From Octopus vulgaris (lineage: Eukaryota): DNA of 64,000 nucleotides. Location: the NCBI GenBank assembly GCA_951406725.2, contig OX597837.1, forward strand, positions 24,118,001 through 24,182,000, read 5' to 3'. Shown here in pieces: positions 16,867 to 28,632 of the stretch (position 1 is its first letter; each line of letters starts with the position of its first letter). Both the position numbers and the translations under genes were made by a program. The notes below the pieces were generated by a model. It saw nothing but the letters and a program-made list of their open reading frames with translations, was not told where the DNA came from and did not search any database.

Positions 16867-17154
16867 CGACTTAACAAGTGTTGCAGACGAATGGCCATCA
16901 TCAAATGTGTTGAAATCAACACCGTTGGAGTTATTATAGTCGCTGAGCTGTGCACTGGGCTCTCTGTGTTTTTCTGTGGCTTCTGCCCCACTAACGCCGT
17001 ATCTTTCGCCACTGTCGAACACCGTACCCTTGTTTTCATAGACGAACATGGCCTCCGGTGTGTAGGGCGGCGCCGACAACCAGTTGCGTCTATATCCCAT
17101 TTCTTCTGGATCTTCCGGGATACAAAATTTCTGCCTGATGTGTCGCCTTGACCA
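16867..17154 (-). CDS. Mucin cytoplasmic-tail exon (WSRRHIRQKF...ATLVKS)
   Basis: Acceptor aatgttccag|TGG TCA AGG CGA in phase 0. Basic stop-transfer residues follow the TM helix. Ends at the donor TCG|gtaaga, or reads through to TAA at 16843-16845. Confidence 0.8.
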
Positions 17155-17369
17155 CTGGAACATTGAAGCGGGAACTCATTGGAATTTATTGCTCTTTGTT
17201 TGTTTGTTTTGTTTGTTGGATGATGGTTGGATGGTTGGAGAGAATTAGGTTATGGTAGACATGTTGGAAATGTCTGTGAGAGAAGGCAAGGCGTTGAAAA
17301 ATATGAAGAGCAAGAAACATGGCAAAACTGTAAATAGTGAGAGTTGGCACGTGAGGGAGAGAGACAGAA

Positions 17370-17438
<69 letters not shown>

Positions 17439-18172
17439 GAGAGAGAGAGAGAAAGAGCGGGGGTGAAAAAGAGATAGAAAAAGAGAATAGGAGAGGTAAG
17501 TTACACCTTTATTAGACATATTGAAATATCTTAGAGAAGAAATGAAATCAATAAGACGATGTAGAGCAGGAGAGAGAGAGAAATAGTGAGATAAGATTAT
17601 GTATATGTGTGAAAGAAGCTGGGAGAAATAAAATGGCAAAGATGCGGTATTCATTGGCCGCCATTGCTGGCAGGCCTTTCGTTGAAAAAAAAAAAACGAG
17701 AAAAATGATAGACTAATATATACAAGGTCACGTTTTAAATGAATACTGAGGAAATAAGAGAGATGAGGAACATGAATAGAAGGCAGAAGTGGACTGAAAG
17801 GTGATAAAGGGTAATGAGTTGGGTGAAATAATTGTCAAGAAAGAGTTAAAGAGGAAGTAAGGGAGCGAAGTAGATATCTTTAACAGTCACTGATTTTTTC
17901 CGTTCTTATAACGAACCATAAAATCCATAATGTCTTGAAATTGCAAATTTTGAAACGTTAGAATGTTGAGGTGGTATGAAGTCAACAATGGTAGTCCTAA
18001 ACGTGCAGCCTTGAGAGAGAACATCTTTGAAAACGATATTCTTTGTTATACACTTGTCCCTCTTCTAACTTATCCATTATTTCTATCATTATACCAGAGG
18101 TAAACGATCTTAAATATGGAACACAATTGAAGACATAATTTATTCATAATATCATTCTGCTACTGTACGATT

Positions 18173-18468
18173 GTGGAGGCACATGGCCAAGTGGTTAGAG
18201 CAGCGGACTCGCGGTCGAGGGATCGCGGGTTCGAATCTAAGACCGGGCGATGTGTGTGTTTATGAGCGAAACACCTAAGCTCCACGCGACTCCGGCAGAA
18301 GGTAATGGCGAAACTTCTGCTGACTCTTTCGCCACAACTTTCTCTCACTCTTTCCTCCTGCATCTTGCAGCTCACCTGCGACAGACTGGCGTCCCGTCCA
18401 GATGGGGAACCTATACGCCAAGGAAACCGGCCCTTATAAGTCAGGCATGGCTCGAGAAGGAACAAACA
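18173..18468 (+). mobile_element. SINE with family A head/body and tail 2
   Basis: tRNA head GTGGAGGCACATGGCCAAGTGG...GGTTCGAATC. TSD actgtacgatt/actgtacaatt. Confidence 0.8.
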
Positions 18469-18856
18469 ACTGTACAATTACGTTTGAAAATTTTAGTGGT
18501 TCCTTGTTTTCCTATCAAAACTAAATGGCTGCCATCGAAGTACAAAAGCTCCTCCCTTCACCACGAGCTACGGATTCTAAAAGAAAATATCAGTATTGTA
18601 TGTGTGTTTGATAGTTAATTCAAAATATTTTATTTATCAAAATATGTATTTATCAGTCATCTATTTATCTATCAGTCATTATGAATTATAAAACTGTTCA
18701 TATAATAGGTTATCTCTTTGATTTTGTTCCATACTTTAAGTGCTACATAAGTAGGCTGTAATACCCTATTATTATTCATAAGATTTGGAAATTGTCGAAC
18801 TGCTGGTAGCACAGCTAATTCCCTTCGAGCACTCAAAATAAAAAGGATTGTTAATA

Positions 18857-20024
18857 CAACACTGGGTCTCTTATCCGGCTTCCAGAAATCCGGAATTTTC
18901 AGAAGTTCAGGAATACTGTTCAATGTCGTACAATATACACTACTTTGTACCGAGTAAAGAGACTCTGTTTTTGATGTTGGTTAATTTGTATACGGTATGT
19001 TGTGGAGGCGCAATGGCCCAGTGGTTAGGGCAGCGGACTCGCGGTCATAGGATCGCGGTTTCGATTCTCAGACCGGGCGTTGTGAGTGTTTATTGAGCGA
19101 AAACACCTAAAAGCTCCACGAGGCTCCGGCAGGGAATGGTGGTGATCCCTGCTGTACTCTTTCACCACAACTTTCTCTCACTCTTACTTCCTGTTTCTGT
19201 TGTACCTGTACTTCAAAGGGCCGGCCTTGTCACTCTCTGTGTCACGCTGAATATCCCCGAGAACTACGTTAAGGGTACACGTGTCTGTGGAGTGTTCAGC
19301 CACTTACACGTTAATTTCACGAGCAGGCTGTTCCGTTGATTCGGATCAACCGGAACCCTCTTCGTCGTAACCGACGGAGTGCTTATGTTAAAAATAGTTT
19401 TAATCATCCTGAAACACGTGTCCCTAGATGCAGCCCGGGCGGCCGGGGGTGTTTGTCTCCCCTTCGTAAATGTATATAAGGACACAGGAAAAATGCGTCA
19501 AAGCCATCAGGAGGCGTCGATGCTTCCTAGGGCTAAACAGCGGTGGTGTACCCCCCTACTGTCACGTTCGTGTTAGATTGACAGTATACAACCATTCTAT
19601 CGCCCCACCACCGTACATGTCTCTATGAGAGATTTAGAAATTTAGTATTTCTAGTTTTAATGTACCTTCTATTAAGTTGATTGATAAATATTTACTTTAG
19701 GATTGTATTAGTTTGTACCGGTATCTGTTAAATAAAATAATGTTATTTTTCTTCATTTTGGTTTCGTGTTATAAACATTATACTGTTTGCGTGGTACATT
19801 ATGATATATTTTAAGAATTATAAAAGGATTAATGAATATCAAACAGATCCTGCTTTAGAAGTGTATTCATTTGAATCTGATTGATACAATTTTGTTCTTT
19901 ACTTTTCATAGTTTCTTTTGTATTTAAGTATATATTTCGGCTGTCTCCAGAAAATCGGAAAGTCCAGAAATCCGGGCCATTTCCGGCCCTAAGGTTACCG
20001 GATGGATAGCTGGTCCGGTACTGT
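18857..20024. mobile_element. pogo/Tigger-like non-autonomous DNA transposon containing a SINE
   Basis: Imperfect inverted ends (TACAACACTGGGTCTCTTATCCGG / ...GGTCCGGTACTGTA) with repeated TCCAGAAATCCGG. A related end occurs at 62130-62190. Confidence 0.55.
19002..19383 (+). mobile_element. SINE family A, full length
   Basis: A and B boxes present. Short TSD tatgtt. Confidence 0.9.
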
Positions 20025-20725
20025 ACTATATTTTTAAAATATGCTATAGGGTTTCACGAAATAAACCTCGATGAAAAGAGATTTCTATTGGCTTTATTTA
20101 TTTATTTATTTTTGTCAGAACTAAATCTGTAAGTGATGGTTGAGAGAGCGTAACGAATTTAGAACACCTTCTGCGCCAGCTACGTGAGACAAGTACAAAT
20201 CTTCAGTTTTTCTAAGCTACGGTCAGAAGTGACGGTGAGTGATGTGTGAGAAACAACAGCAACAACAAAATAAAAATGATAATAGAAAGGGGACCCTTTG
20301 GTACATCCAAATAATTCCGGATGAATGGGTGGTTTAAAAGTACAAGAGACAGAACGATTTAAAAGTAAGAGAGATAGAGATGGAGAGGGAGAGGAAAAGA
20401 GAGGGAGGTTTTAAAAGGGGTTCTTTGTTGAGGTTTAAGTGATCCTAATGTTGAATGAGTGACGAAGATAAACGAGGTGATTGGGTGAAAAACCAAGCAA
20501 GAGGAATGCAGGTGATGCTGAATATTAATAAATATGTGGAACAAAAATGTGTTGATAGTTGTGTAGTGATAGTTGTGGTGATAGTTGTGTAGTGGTGATA
20601 ACAGCAGTTGTTGTAGAAGTGACGGTTGTGATGGTGGGTGGTGGGTGGTAGTGAATGAACAAAGAGGATTACGGTAATTAATAGTTATGATAGTAATTAT
20701 TGCTGATAACAAATTTTTTTCTTAC

Positions 20726-20838
20726 CAAAACGCAAACCATGAAGATTATGAAAAACAAAACTACGCATCCACATACGATGATGGCGATACCCCAGTTTGG
20801 AAGAGGTTCAGTGGTTTGTGCAAGAGTAGCCACGGGAA
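20726..20838 (-). CDS. Mucin transmembrane exon (IPVATLAQTTEPLPNWGIAIIVCGCVVLFFIIFMVCVL)
   Basis: Reads ttttgtatttcag|TT CCC...GTT TTG|gtaaga. 113 nt, phase 1 to phase 0. Encodes a ~23-residue hydrophobic helix. Confidence 0.9.
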
Positions 20839-20852
20839 CTGAAATACAAAAC

Positions 20853-20905
<53 letters not shown>

Positions 20906-20920
20906 TGATGATAATAATAA

Positions 20921-21390
20921 TGCCTCCTCATTGACATGACTGTCCCAATCGATATAAACGTATCTGTCAAGACCTACCAAAAACTGAGCTAATATAAAGA
21001 TCTTGAAATAGAAATCAGCAAAATGTGGAACCTGAAGACTAAAACAATACCTGTTGTCATAGGTGCCCTTGGAATGATAGCGAAAGGGGCTGATTGCTAC
21101 CTAACTCAAATACCAGGAAACCCCAAAATGGCAGAAATTCAAAAGATAGTGCTCATGGGAACTGCTCATATCCTACGCAAAATACTCTCTATGTAATCCC
21201 AAGGTTTAAAACAAACTTTTTTTTAAAATTTATTTATCAGACATTCACTAGTACAACACCAAAAAAAAAAGCCGAAATATATGGCACACTAGGCATAACA
21301 ACAACGTGAACTTCCAACCTGTTGTCTCTTGAGGTCTCTGGGTGAGACTTGGAGCCAACTTGTACAGACATAAAGCAAAAGTCAAACATA

Positions 21391-21391
<1 letters not shown>
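20921..21391 (+). mobile_element. 5'-truncated R4/Dong-like non-LTR element (restriction-like endonuclease C-terminus plus 3'UTR) in (AAT)n
   Basis: Translates CLLIDMTVPIDINVSVKTYQKLS*YKDLEIEISKMWNLKTKTIPVVIGALG...GTAHILRKILSM*. (AAT)n on both sides. Confidence 0.8.
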
Positions 21392-21460
<69 letters not shown>

Positions 21461-21991
21461 TCGTTCGCTTATTGGCCACAAGGGCTAACAAAAATCAATT
21501 AAAACATAAAGGGACAAAACACAGGACGAAAGTTACAAAGGGTTTTGTCCGTTTGAAAAAAGTCTGTGTACAAAATCAGGATAACAACGAAATATAAGTA
21601 ACAATTAAAACTCCCAATTGGGGGAGGCGCTTTGAAAGGTTACTCGTGGAAAAACCCATAAAAGCCACGGGAGCCTGGTCAAAAGGGGTGGTAGAGAGCC
21701 CCTTTCTCCTTTTATATTTCCTTTTAATTTTTCACAGGTGTATCCTTATAATGATAATGACGATGGTGGTGGTGGTGGTGGTGGTGGTGGTAGTGGTCTC
21801 TTTATTAATTATGTTACTTGTCCTGTTTTCCATTTGTTTCTTTCGTTGTTTGCATATTGAAATCATTGTTTTCGTATTTCATGTTGTTTACTGTTGGTGA
21901 CGTCCTGTACTCATATATGCATATGTATATATATAGATATGTGTGTGTATGCATATATATATGTATTATTCATATCATTTATATATATATA

Positions 21992-22032
<41 letters not shown>

Positions 22033-22094
22033 ATGCATATATATATGTATTATTCATATCATTATATATATATATATATATGTGTATATATATA

Positions 22095-22161
<67 letters not shown>

Positions 22162-22371
22162 CGAAACGCGGAGTAGTTGAAACAGGGACAACTGAAGAAG
22201 GGGAATATTCTTTATGCTGTATGCCTCGTTTCTCTGTTTGTTTTTTTTTCGTTGTTCGAAAAAAAGTTCGTTTCTATGTTTTTGTTTTCGTTTCTCATTG
22301 TGCTCCACGTTTTTTTTATGTCCTGTACACATATATGCATGTATATGTTCATATATTTATATATTATTTAT

Positions 22372-22402
<31 letters not shown>

Positions 22403-22431
22403 CATATATATACATATACATATATACATAT

Positions 22432-22504
<73 letters not shown>

Positions 22505-22535
22505 CATATATATACATACATACATATATATACAT

Positions 22536-22578
<43 letters not shown>

Positions 22579-22580
22579 CA

Positions 22581-22616
<36 letters not shown>

Positions 22617-22625
22617 TACATATAT

Positions 22626-22666
<41 letters not shown>

Positions 22667-22783
22667 CATACATACATATACATACATACATGCATATATA
22701 TATATACATATATATACATACATATATATACATATATATATACTCACATACATATATACATATATATATATACACATACATAT

Positions 22784-22876
<93 letters not shown>

Positions 22877-22954
22877 GTTACTTATCCAAACAAACAGTAG
22901 TACAGGAGAAATAAATGAAGTAGAAAATACACAGAGAATATATGCTTCACTTAC

Positions 22955-23112
22955 TTGAATGATAGATGGAAGTTTTATTTAATTCAAAAGGACCCAAGTA
23001 ATAGGTCGGCTCCAACTGACTGTCAAAGAACTGGTTGACCATCGTGGAATTGATCTCGGTTCCCTTTGTAAGCACGAAAGAAGCTTCGTAGTAGACCACC
23101 ACGCTTCCTTGC
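22955..23112 (-). CDS. Mucin exon, SEA C-terminal part with (R)QG/SVVV cleavage motif
   Basis: Reads tctattccag|G CAA GGA AGC GTG GTG GTC...CAT TCA A|gtaagt. 158 nt, phase 2 to phase 1. Confidence 0.9.
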
Positions 23113-23210
23113 CTGGAATAGACAATGGAAAAAAACTGTAATGTCTTGCGATTGGAAGGATTAGGTGTATATATATACATAGACGCGAACACATGCATAC
23201 ACGCGCGTGT

Positions 23211-23262
<52 letters not shown>

Positions 23263-23446
23263 ATATAACTATGCTAAGACACTGCCTTGAATTGTTTATT
23301 TATGTATGCATGTATGTATGTATGTATGTATGTATGTATGTATGTATGTACCAGTCTTTACCATGTATGTATACATACATACATACGTACATAAATACAT
23401 ACATACATGCATATGTATACATGTGTGTATACATACATACATACAT

Positions 23447-23477
<31 letters not shown>

Positions 23478-23612
23478 AATACATACATACATGCATGCAT
23501 GCATATATATACACACACACATACATACACACATAATAATAATATTATTATTATCATTATTATTATTATTAATATTATTATCATTATTGTTATTATTATC
23601 ATTATTATCATT

Positions 23613-23654
<42 letters not shown>

Positions 23655-23806
23655 CATGTCACTGCTTGGAATCGAACTCGGAATCTTGGGGTTAGTAGCC
23701 CGCGCTCTTAACCACAGCCGAAACGTTGTGTTAACAACAAACAAGATGAGGACGATCGTTCACTTGGCTTCCACGTTAGAGCAAACTTTTACAGCTATGA
23801 ATCTAT

Positions 23807-24109
23807 GAAAACAATTGCAGTGTGGAAGGTGTTTGTAAGCCATTTAAGAAACACACAAAAAGCCGTTCGATTCACTTCAACATTTAAGTTTAATTTGTCA
23901 AAAGATGCAGCACGGATTTTTGTCAGTGAACAGGTTGCGGTCTGATAGTGACGAAAATATTTTGACAAATTAAACTTAAATGTTGAAGTGAATCGAACGG
24001 CTTTTGTGTGTTTCTTAAATGGCTTACAAACACCTTCCACGCTGCAATTGTTTTCGTTTCAGCACACGATCTCAGATCAAATCACTTGCTATGCAAGTAC
24101 ATCTCCGTA
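23807..24109. mobile_element. Fold-back element (~97-bp arms) with TSD, probable Penelope-like remnant
   Basis: 23807-23903 is the reverse complement of 23960-24055. aatctatgaa occurs at 23800-23809 and 24110-24119. Confidence 0.7.
23919..23969 (+). ncRNA. Minimal type I hammerhead-like ribozyme, G3-C8 core variant
   Basis: tttgtca-GTGAACA-g-gttgc/gtgac-GAAA-atat-TT-tgacaaa. Confidence 0.55.
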
Positions 24110-24307
24110 AATCTATGAATACAATTGGATGAAAGGTGAGGCCAACAATACTGATTTTCTCAATATACAATATTTGTGGAGAAGAGATGTTTATGATGTC
24201 CAATAATACAATGAGTTATAAGTTTCATAACACACCCACACACACACACATTAACAAACTCGTGCAGAATCACATTTTATCTTTAAAATACACGTATGTT
24301 TCTTTAC

Positions 24308-24372
24308 CTGAATGTCATACTTCCTATACGTACAAACACTGCGAAGGGGTTCTTCTTCCAAAGATCCGAAAG
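24308..24372 (-). CDS. Mucin exon, 65 nt, SEA middle (LSDLWKKNPFAVFVRIGSMTF+AG)
   Basis: Reads tgaatttctag|CTTTCG...TTCAG|gtaaag. Phase 0 in and phase 2 out, which bridges the flanking exons exactly. Confidence 0.85.
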
Positions 24373-24496
24373 CTAGAAATTCAACATACAAACAAGAAAT
24401 ACTTAAAGGGTTATACTTTAAAACAAAATAATAGGAAATCCACCACCGCCCGTCCCGTGAGCAAAATTTTGGTGACTATTCAGATATAAACCCACC

Positions 24497-24659
24497 TTAT
24501 TTACATTATTTACATTACTTACATTTGATGGATATTTGTCCTCGACTAGTTTGTTGTTAACACAACGTTTCGGCTGATATACCCTCCAGCCCTCTTCAGG
24601 TGTCTTGGGGAAATTTCGAACCTGGGTTCTCATTCCTAATGTATTCTTCGATGTTGTTG

Positions 24660-24696
<37 letters not shown>

Positions 24697-25110
24697 CATT
24701 ATTTTTATTATTATTATCATTATTATTATCATTATTATTATTACTATTATTATTATTATTATTATTATTATCATTATTATTATTATTATCATTATTATTA
24801 TCATTATTATTATTACTATTATTATTATTATTATTATTATTATCATTATTTTTATTATTATTATCATTATTATTATCATTATTATTATTACTATTATTAT
24901 TATTATTATTATTATTATATTATCATTATCATTATTATTGTTGTTCATGTCACTGCTTGGAATCGAACTCGGAATCTTGGGGTTAGTAGCCCGCGCTCTT
25001 AACCACAGCCGAAACGTTGTGTTAACAACAAACAAGATGAGGACGAATATCCGTCGAATGTAAATAATGTAAACAATGTACATAATTCCTCATCTCTTAA
25101 ATATAGAACT
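24497..25110 (-). mobile_element. Composite element: inverted tail copy, tRNA-like head, (AAT)n, hammerhead-containing tail
   Basis: Head 25007-24949 with B box GAGTTCGATTCC. Microsatellite 24940-24652. Hammerhead 24604-24559. The tail is repeated in inverted orientation at 25006-25085. Confidence 0.7.
24559..24604 (-). ncRNA. Minimal type I hammerhead ribozyme (Penelope type)
   Basis: gacac-CTGAAGA-g-ggctg/cagcc-GAAA-cg-TT-gtgtt. Palindromic AACGTT stem III. Confidence 0.7.
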
Positions 25111-25562
25111 ATAAAACCCACCTGTTGACAATTATATTTTTTTCGAAAATCCACGGGAGGTCTCTTCCCCTGGGAAAGATTAAGCAAAGCGCAAGAAATA
25201 CCATGCTGTAGGGGTATTCAAATCGTAACGAACCACCTGGTTAATTAATGCACAGTACCATTTACATCAATGTTGTAGTTTAGTGTGATTGCGTGCATAA
25301 CCATAAATTTGTGGAATTGATGGACTCGTTAGTTTCTCTCAACACAAGTGAATTCCGCCATACCACCCGAACCCCTCGTGGATTGGATTCTTATACATTT
25401 GCAGTTCGACCCCTGCTACTAATATTCCCCATCGCTTGCTTTTTAGAAAACATTATCATGCGTTGTTTATATACAGACGTTTTACTCTGCGAACAGTTGT
25501 TAATGTATGGCTGAGCGCAGGCTGACATATTTAGAGTAGCGAGCGAAAATAAAAAAAAGTTT

Positions 25563-25999
25563 GATCTTTTCGGTTTGAACGGCAGTTTTACTAGCGGTGT
25601 CATATGAAATTGTCACCCATAATTATAACCCTTGTATCGATCTATTTCAATCTGTTTTAGGGTTAGGGTCAGTTAGGGTTAAGGTTAGGGTTAGGGTTAG
25701 GGTTAGGGGAAGGGTATCTTTTTTTATTCAGAAATGTAAATAAACCCAATCTGTTTCCTAAACGAGGGACATATTCATACGGCACAGAATGTTTTCAACT
25801 CAATGGACGTCATTGATTGGTTGAAATTGCAGAAATTGAAGAAGAAAAAGAACAAATATCTTACAAACTATAGAATTTTCTCAATAAAGCCAAGAGAAAA
25901 AGATGTTTTATAAACACATTCTACCAGTATACGAAGTTTAAAAGTGTTTAGTTACGTGGAAATTATTTTTAAAAACTGCCGGTCAAACCGAAAAGATTC
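25563..25999. mobile_element. Mutator-like MITE with internal (TTAGGG)n
   Basis: ~27-bp TIRs GATCTTTTCGGTTTGAACGGCAGTTTT / AAAACTGCCGGTCAAACCGAAAAGAT. 9-bp TSD aaaaagttt. A related partial copy lies at 42150-42510. Confidence 0.7.
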
Positions 26000-26124
26000 A
26001 AAAAGTTTTAATGAAATGAAATGAAATTACATATATCATAAGAAGAAAAGTTACGAGCCTTAAACCTTTTGTTACCATATTTCTTCTGAAATACATTAAC
26101 TTTGTTTCAGTTAATTTTCAAAAT

Positions 26125-26280
26125 GTGTGGTAAGTAGCTTGCTTACCAACCACATGGTTCCAGGTTCAGTCCCACTACGTGGCACCTTAGGCAAGTGTCT
26201 TCTACTATAGCCTCAGACCGACCAAAGCCTTGCGAGTGGATTTGGTAGATGGAAACTGGAAGAAGCCCGTCGTATATATG

Positions 26281-26319
<39 letters not shown>

Positions 26320-26516
26320 TTGTGTGTCCGTGTTTGTCCCCCCAACATCGCTTGACAACCGATGCTGGTGTGTTTACGTCCCCGTAACTTAGCGTTTCGG
26401 CAAAAGAGACCGATAGGATAAGTACTAGGCTTAGACAGAATAAGCTCAGGGGTCGATTTGCTCGACTAAAGGCGCTGCTCCAGCATGGCCGCAGTCAAAA
26501 TGACTGAAACAAGTAA

Positions 26517-26520
<4 letters not shown>
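26125..26520 (+). mobile_element. SINE family C with (GAAA)n tail
   Basis: Matches 1785-2207. Confidence 0.85.
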
Positions 26521-26584
<64 letters not shown>

Positions 26585-27529
26585 AAAAAGAAAGAAGTTA
26601 GCGAAATATTTTCGTCATTATAGAATTAAAATGAAATTTTGAAGAAAGGCTTTAAATTTAAATCATTTTGTAACAGGAAGTTTGTATCATAGGACCAGCG
26701 GCAGTCTGAGGCGGGTAGGTATCAAAAGGGTTAATGACTAATCTCGATAAAAGGGTAAGGGAAAGAAGCCTTATATTTAACCCTTTAGCGTTTAAACCGG
26801 TTATATATAGCCCATGTGTTCTACCTGTTTTCTGTTTAATAAGTACTAGTTGAGCACTGGGGTCGAGGTAGTCGACTTAACCCCTGCTCCGATATTAGTG
26901 GCCTTGTACCAAAATTTGAAACCAATATTATGCCCATCAAAGGCCGCAAGCTGGCCGAATCGTTAGCAGCCAGCAAAATCCGGCCTCTCACGTTCACCCT
27001 GCAGTGTCTTTCAAAAAAATTAATAGCCTCATTATCGAAATCTCGAAGCTACGAGATAATGCATGAGTAATTCCAAACAACGTGAATAAATAAGTGTTAC
27101 AGTTGAATAAGCAAGCATTACATTTGACAGAATAAGCTAAGTGATGAAGGGCTAAATTGAATAAAACTAAATAGGAGTGTGAGACTGATCTTTGCTGATG
27201 ATCAATAGGTTTATGGTGACAACTTCGGGTGTATTTCGGTGTCATCAGACCGCACATGACTGGTTCAATATGGCAGCCAACTCTCTTCAAAGATCGTCTT
27301 TAAAATGAGTTAACATGAACGAACGAAGGGGCAGAAAACTATGTCACTTTCCGAACTGCTTAACGTGCCATTTTGAAAAATAAGTAAGTTTTGGTTCTAT
27401 ATATTTAAGTTAATATACTCCACAATGAAAGCAGGTTGACTAGACCCGAAGGTTATTTGTTCATTAACTACTTTCCGTTTACACAAGCAAAACTGAGACC
27501 GTTGCTATTTAATTCTTTCAACGATAGAC

Positions 27530-28300
27530 AAAAGGCCTAAATTTTGTAAGGGAAGAGCTAATCAAATACATCCATCACCGCACTCAATCGGTACTTATTT
27601 TATCGACTCTGAAATGGTGAAAGGCAAAGTCGACCTCGTCGACATTTGAACTCAGAGCGTAAAGCCGGATTCAAACATTGTGTTCAGGGTGCTAACGACT
27701 CTGCCAGCCCGGTGCCTCACCGCTGCAACTTAATAACAGTAATAATGATGCCAGCAATGACAGCGGCAAAAGTTTAAAGTACAAAATGTTGAGAATCTGT
27801 AATAACATGAAAATGGGTGATCTCGGTGGACTAAGATTATTTTAATAATTCATTCAATGTGATGGCATAATATTGGCTTCAAATTTTGGCATAAGGCCAG
27901 ACATTTTGGGGCAGCGAATAAGTCAATGACATCGAGCCTAGTACTCAACTGGTACTTATTTCATCGACCCTGAAAGGATGAAAGGCAAAGATGCCCTCGG
28001 CAGTATTTGAACTCAGAACGTAAATGCAGACGAAATGCCACTAAGCATTTTGCCCGGCGTGCTAATGATTCTGCCAGTTCGCCGCCTTTGATGGGAGTAA
28101 TATTGGTTTCAAATTTTGGTACAAGGCCAGAAATTTCGGGACAGGAGTTAAGCCGATTACATCGACCCCAGTACTCAACTGGTACTTATTTTTTCGACCC
28201 CGAAAGGATAAAAGATAGTGTTGATCATAGTATAAAGACAGACGAAATGCCGCTAAACATTTTGCCCGACGTACTAACGATTCTGCGCGCTCACCGTCTT
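27530..28300 (-). mobile_element. Three diverged family D-related SINE copies
   Basis: Reverse-complement GGTACTTATTT..CGAC..GAAA..GATGAAAGGCAAAG cores. Confidence 0.7.
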
Positions 28301-28632
28301 GAGGGACATGATATTAATGAGACAAACAAGCAATATGACAAACATGGAGGCAGATAGATAAATAGAGAGAGAGAGAAATAGACTGAATGGCAGGCAGAAA
28401 ATTGGAAAAGAAATGGAAAAAAAAATAAAATAAGAGACTGGTAGACAGAAACTGATAGAGACGAAATTGATGGCAAGAGAAATTTATCTGTTATCTGGTA
28501 GGCGGACAGAGACAAGACAGACAAACAAAGAGACAGTTAGGCTGATGGAGAGACAGACCAAGAGAAAGAAACAGCAATGGCAGACTGGTAGGGAGACAGA
28601 GAAAGCTAGGCGGATAAATAAAGATTACCAAC

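Noticed and set aside
19002-19080. tRNA-like sequences as tRNA genes
   Set aside because: They are SINE heads, continuous with SINE bodies and flanked by TSDs.
22157-22205. GAAA...CTGAAGA as a type II hammerhead
   Set aside because: Stems I and II do not pair properly next to the core.
27225-27255. Minus-strand CTGATGA-cacc-GAAA
   Set aside because: No stem II and no valid stem III or cleavage site.
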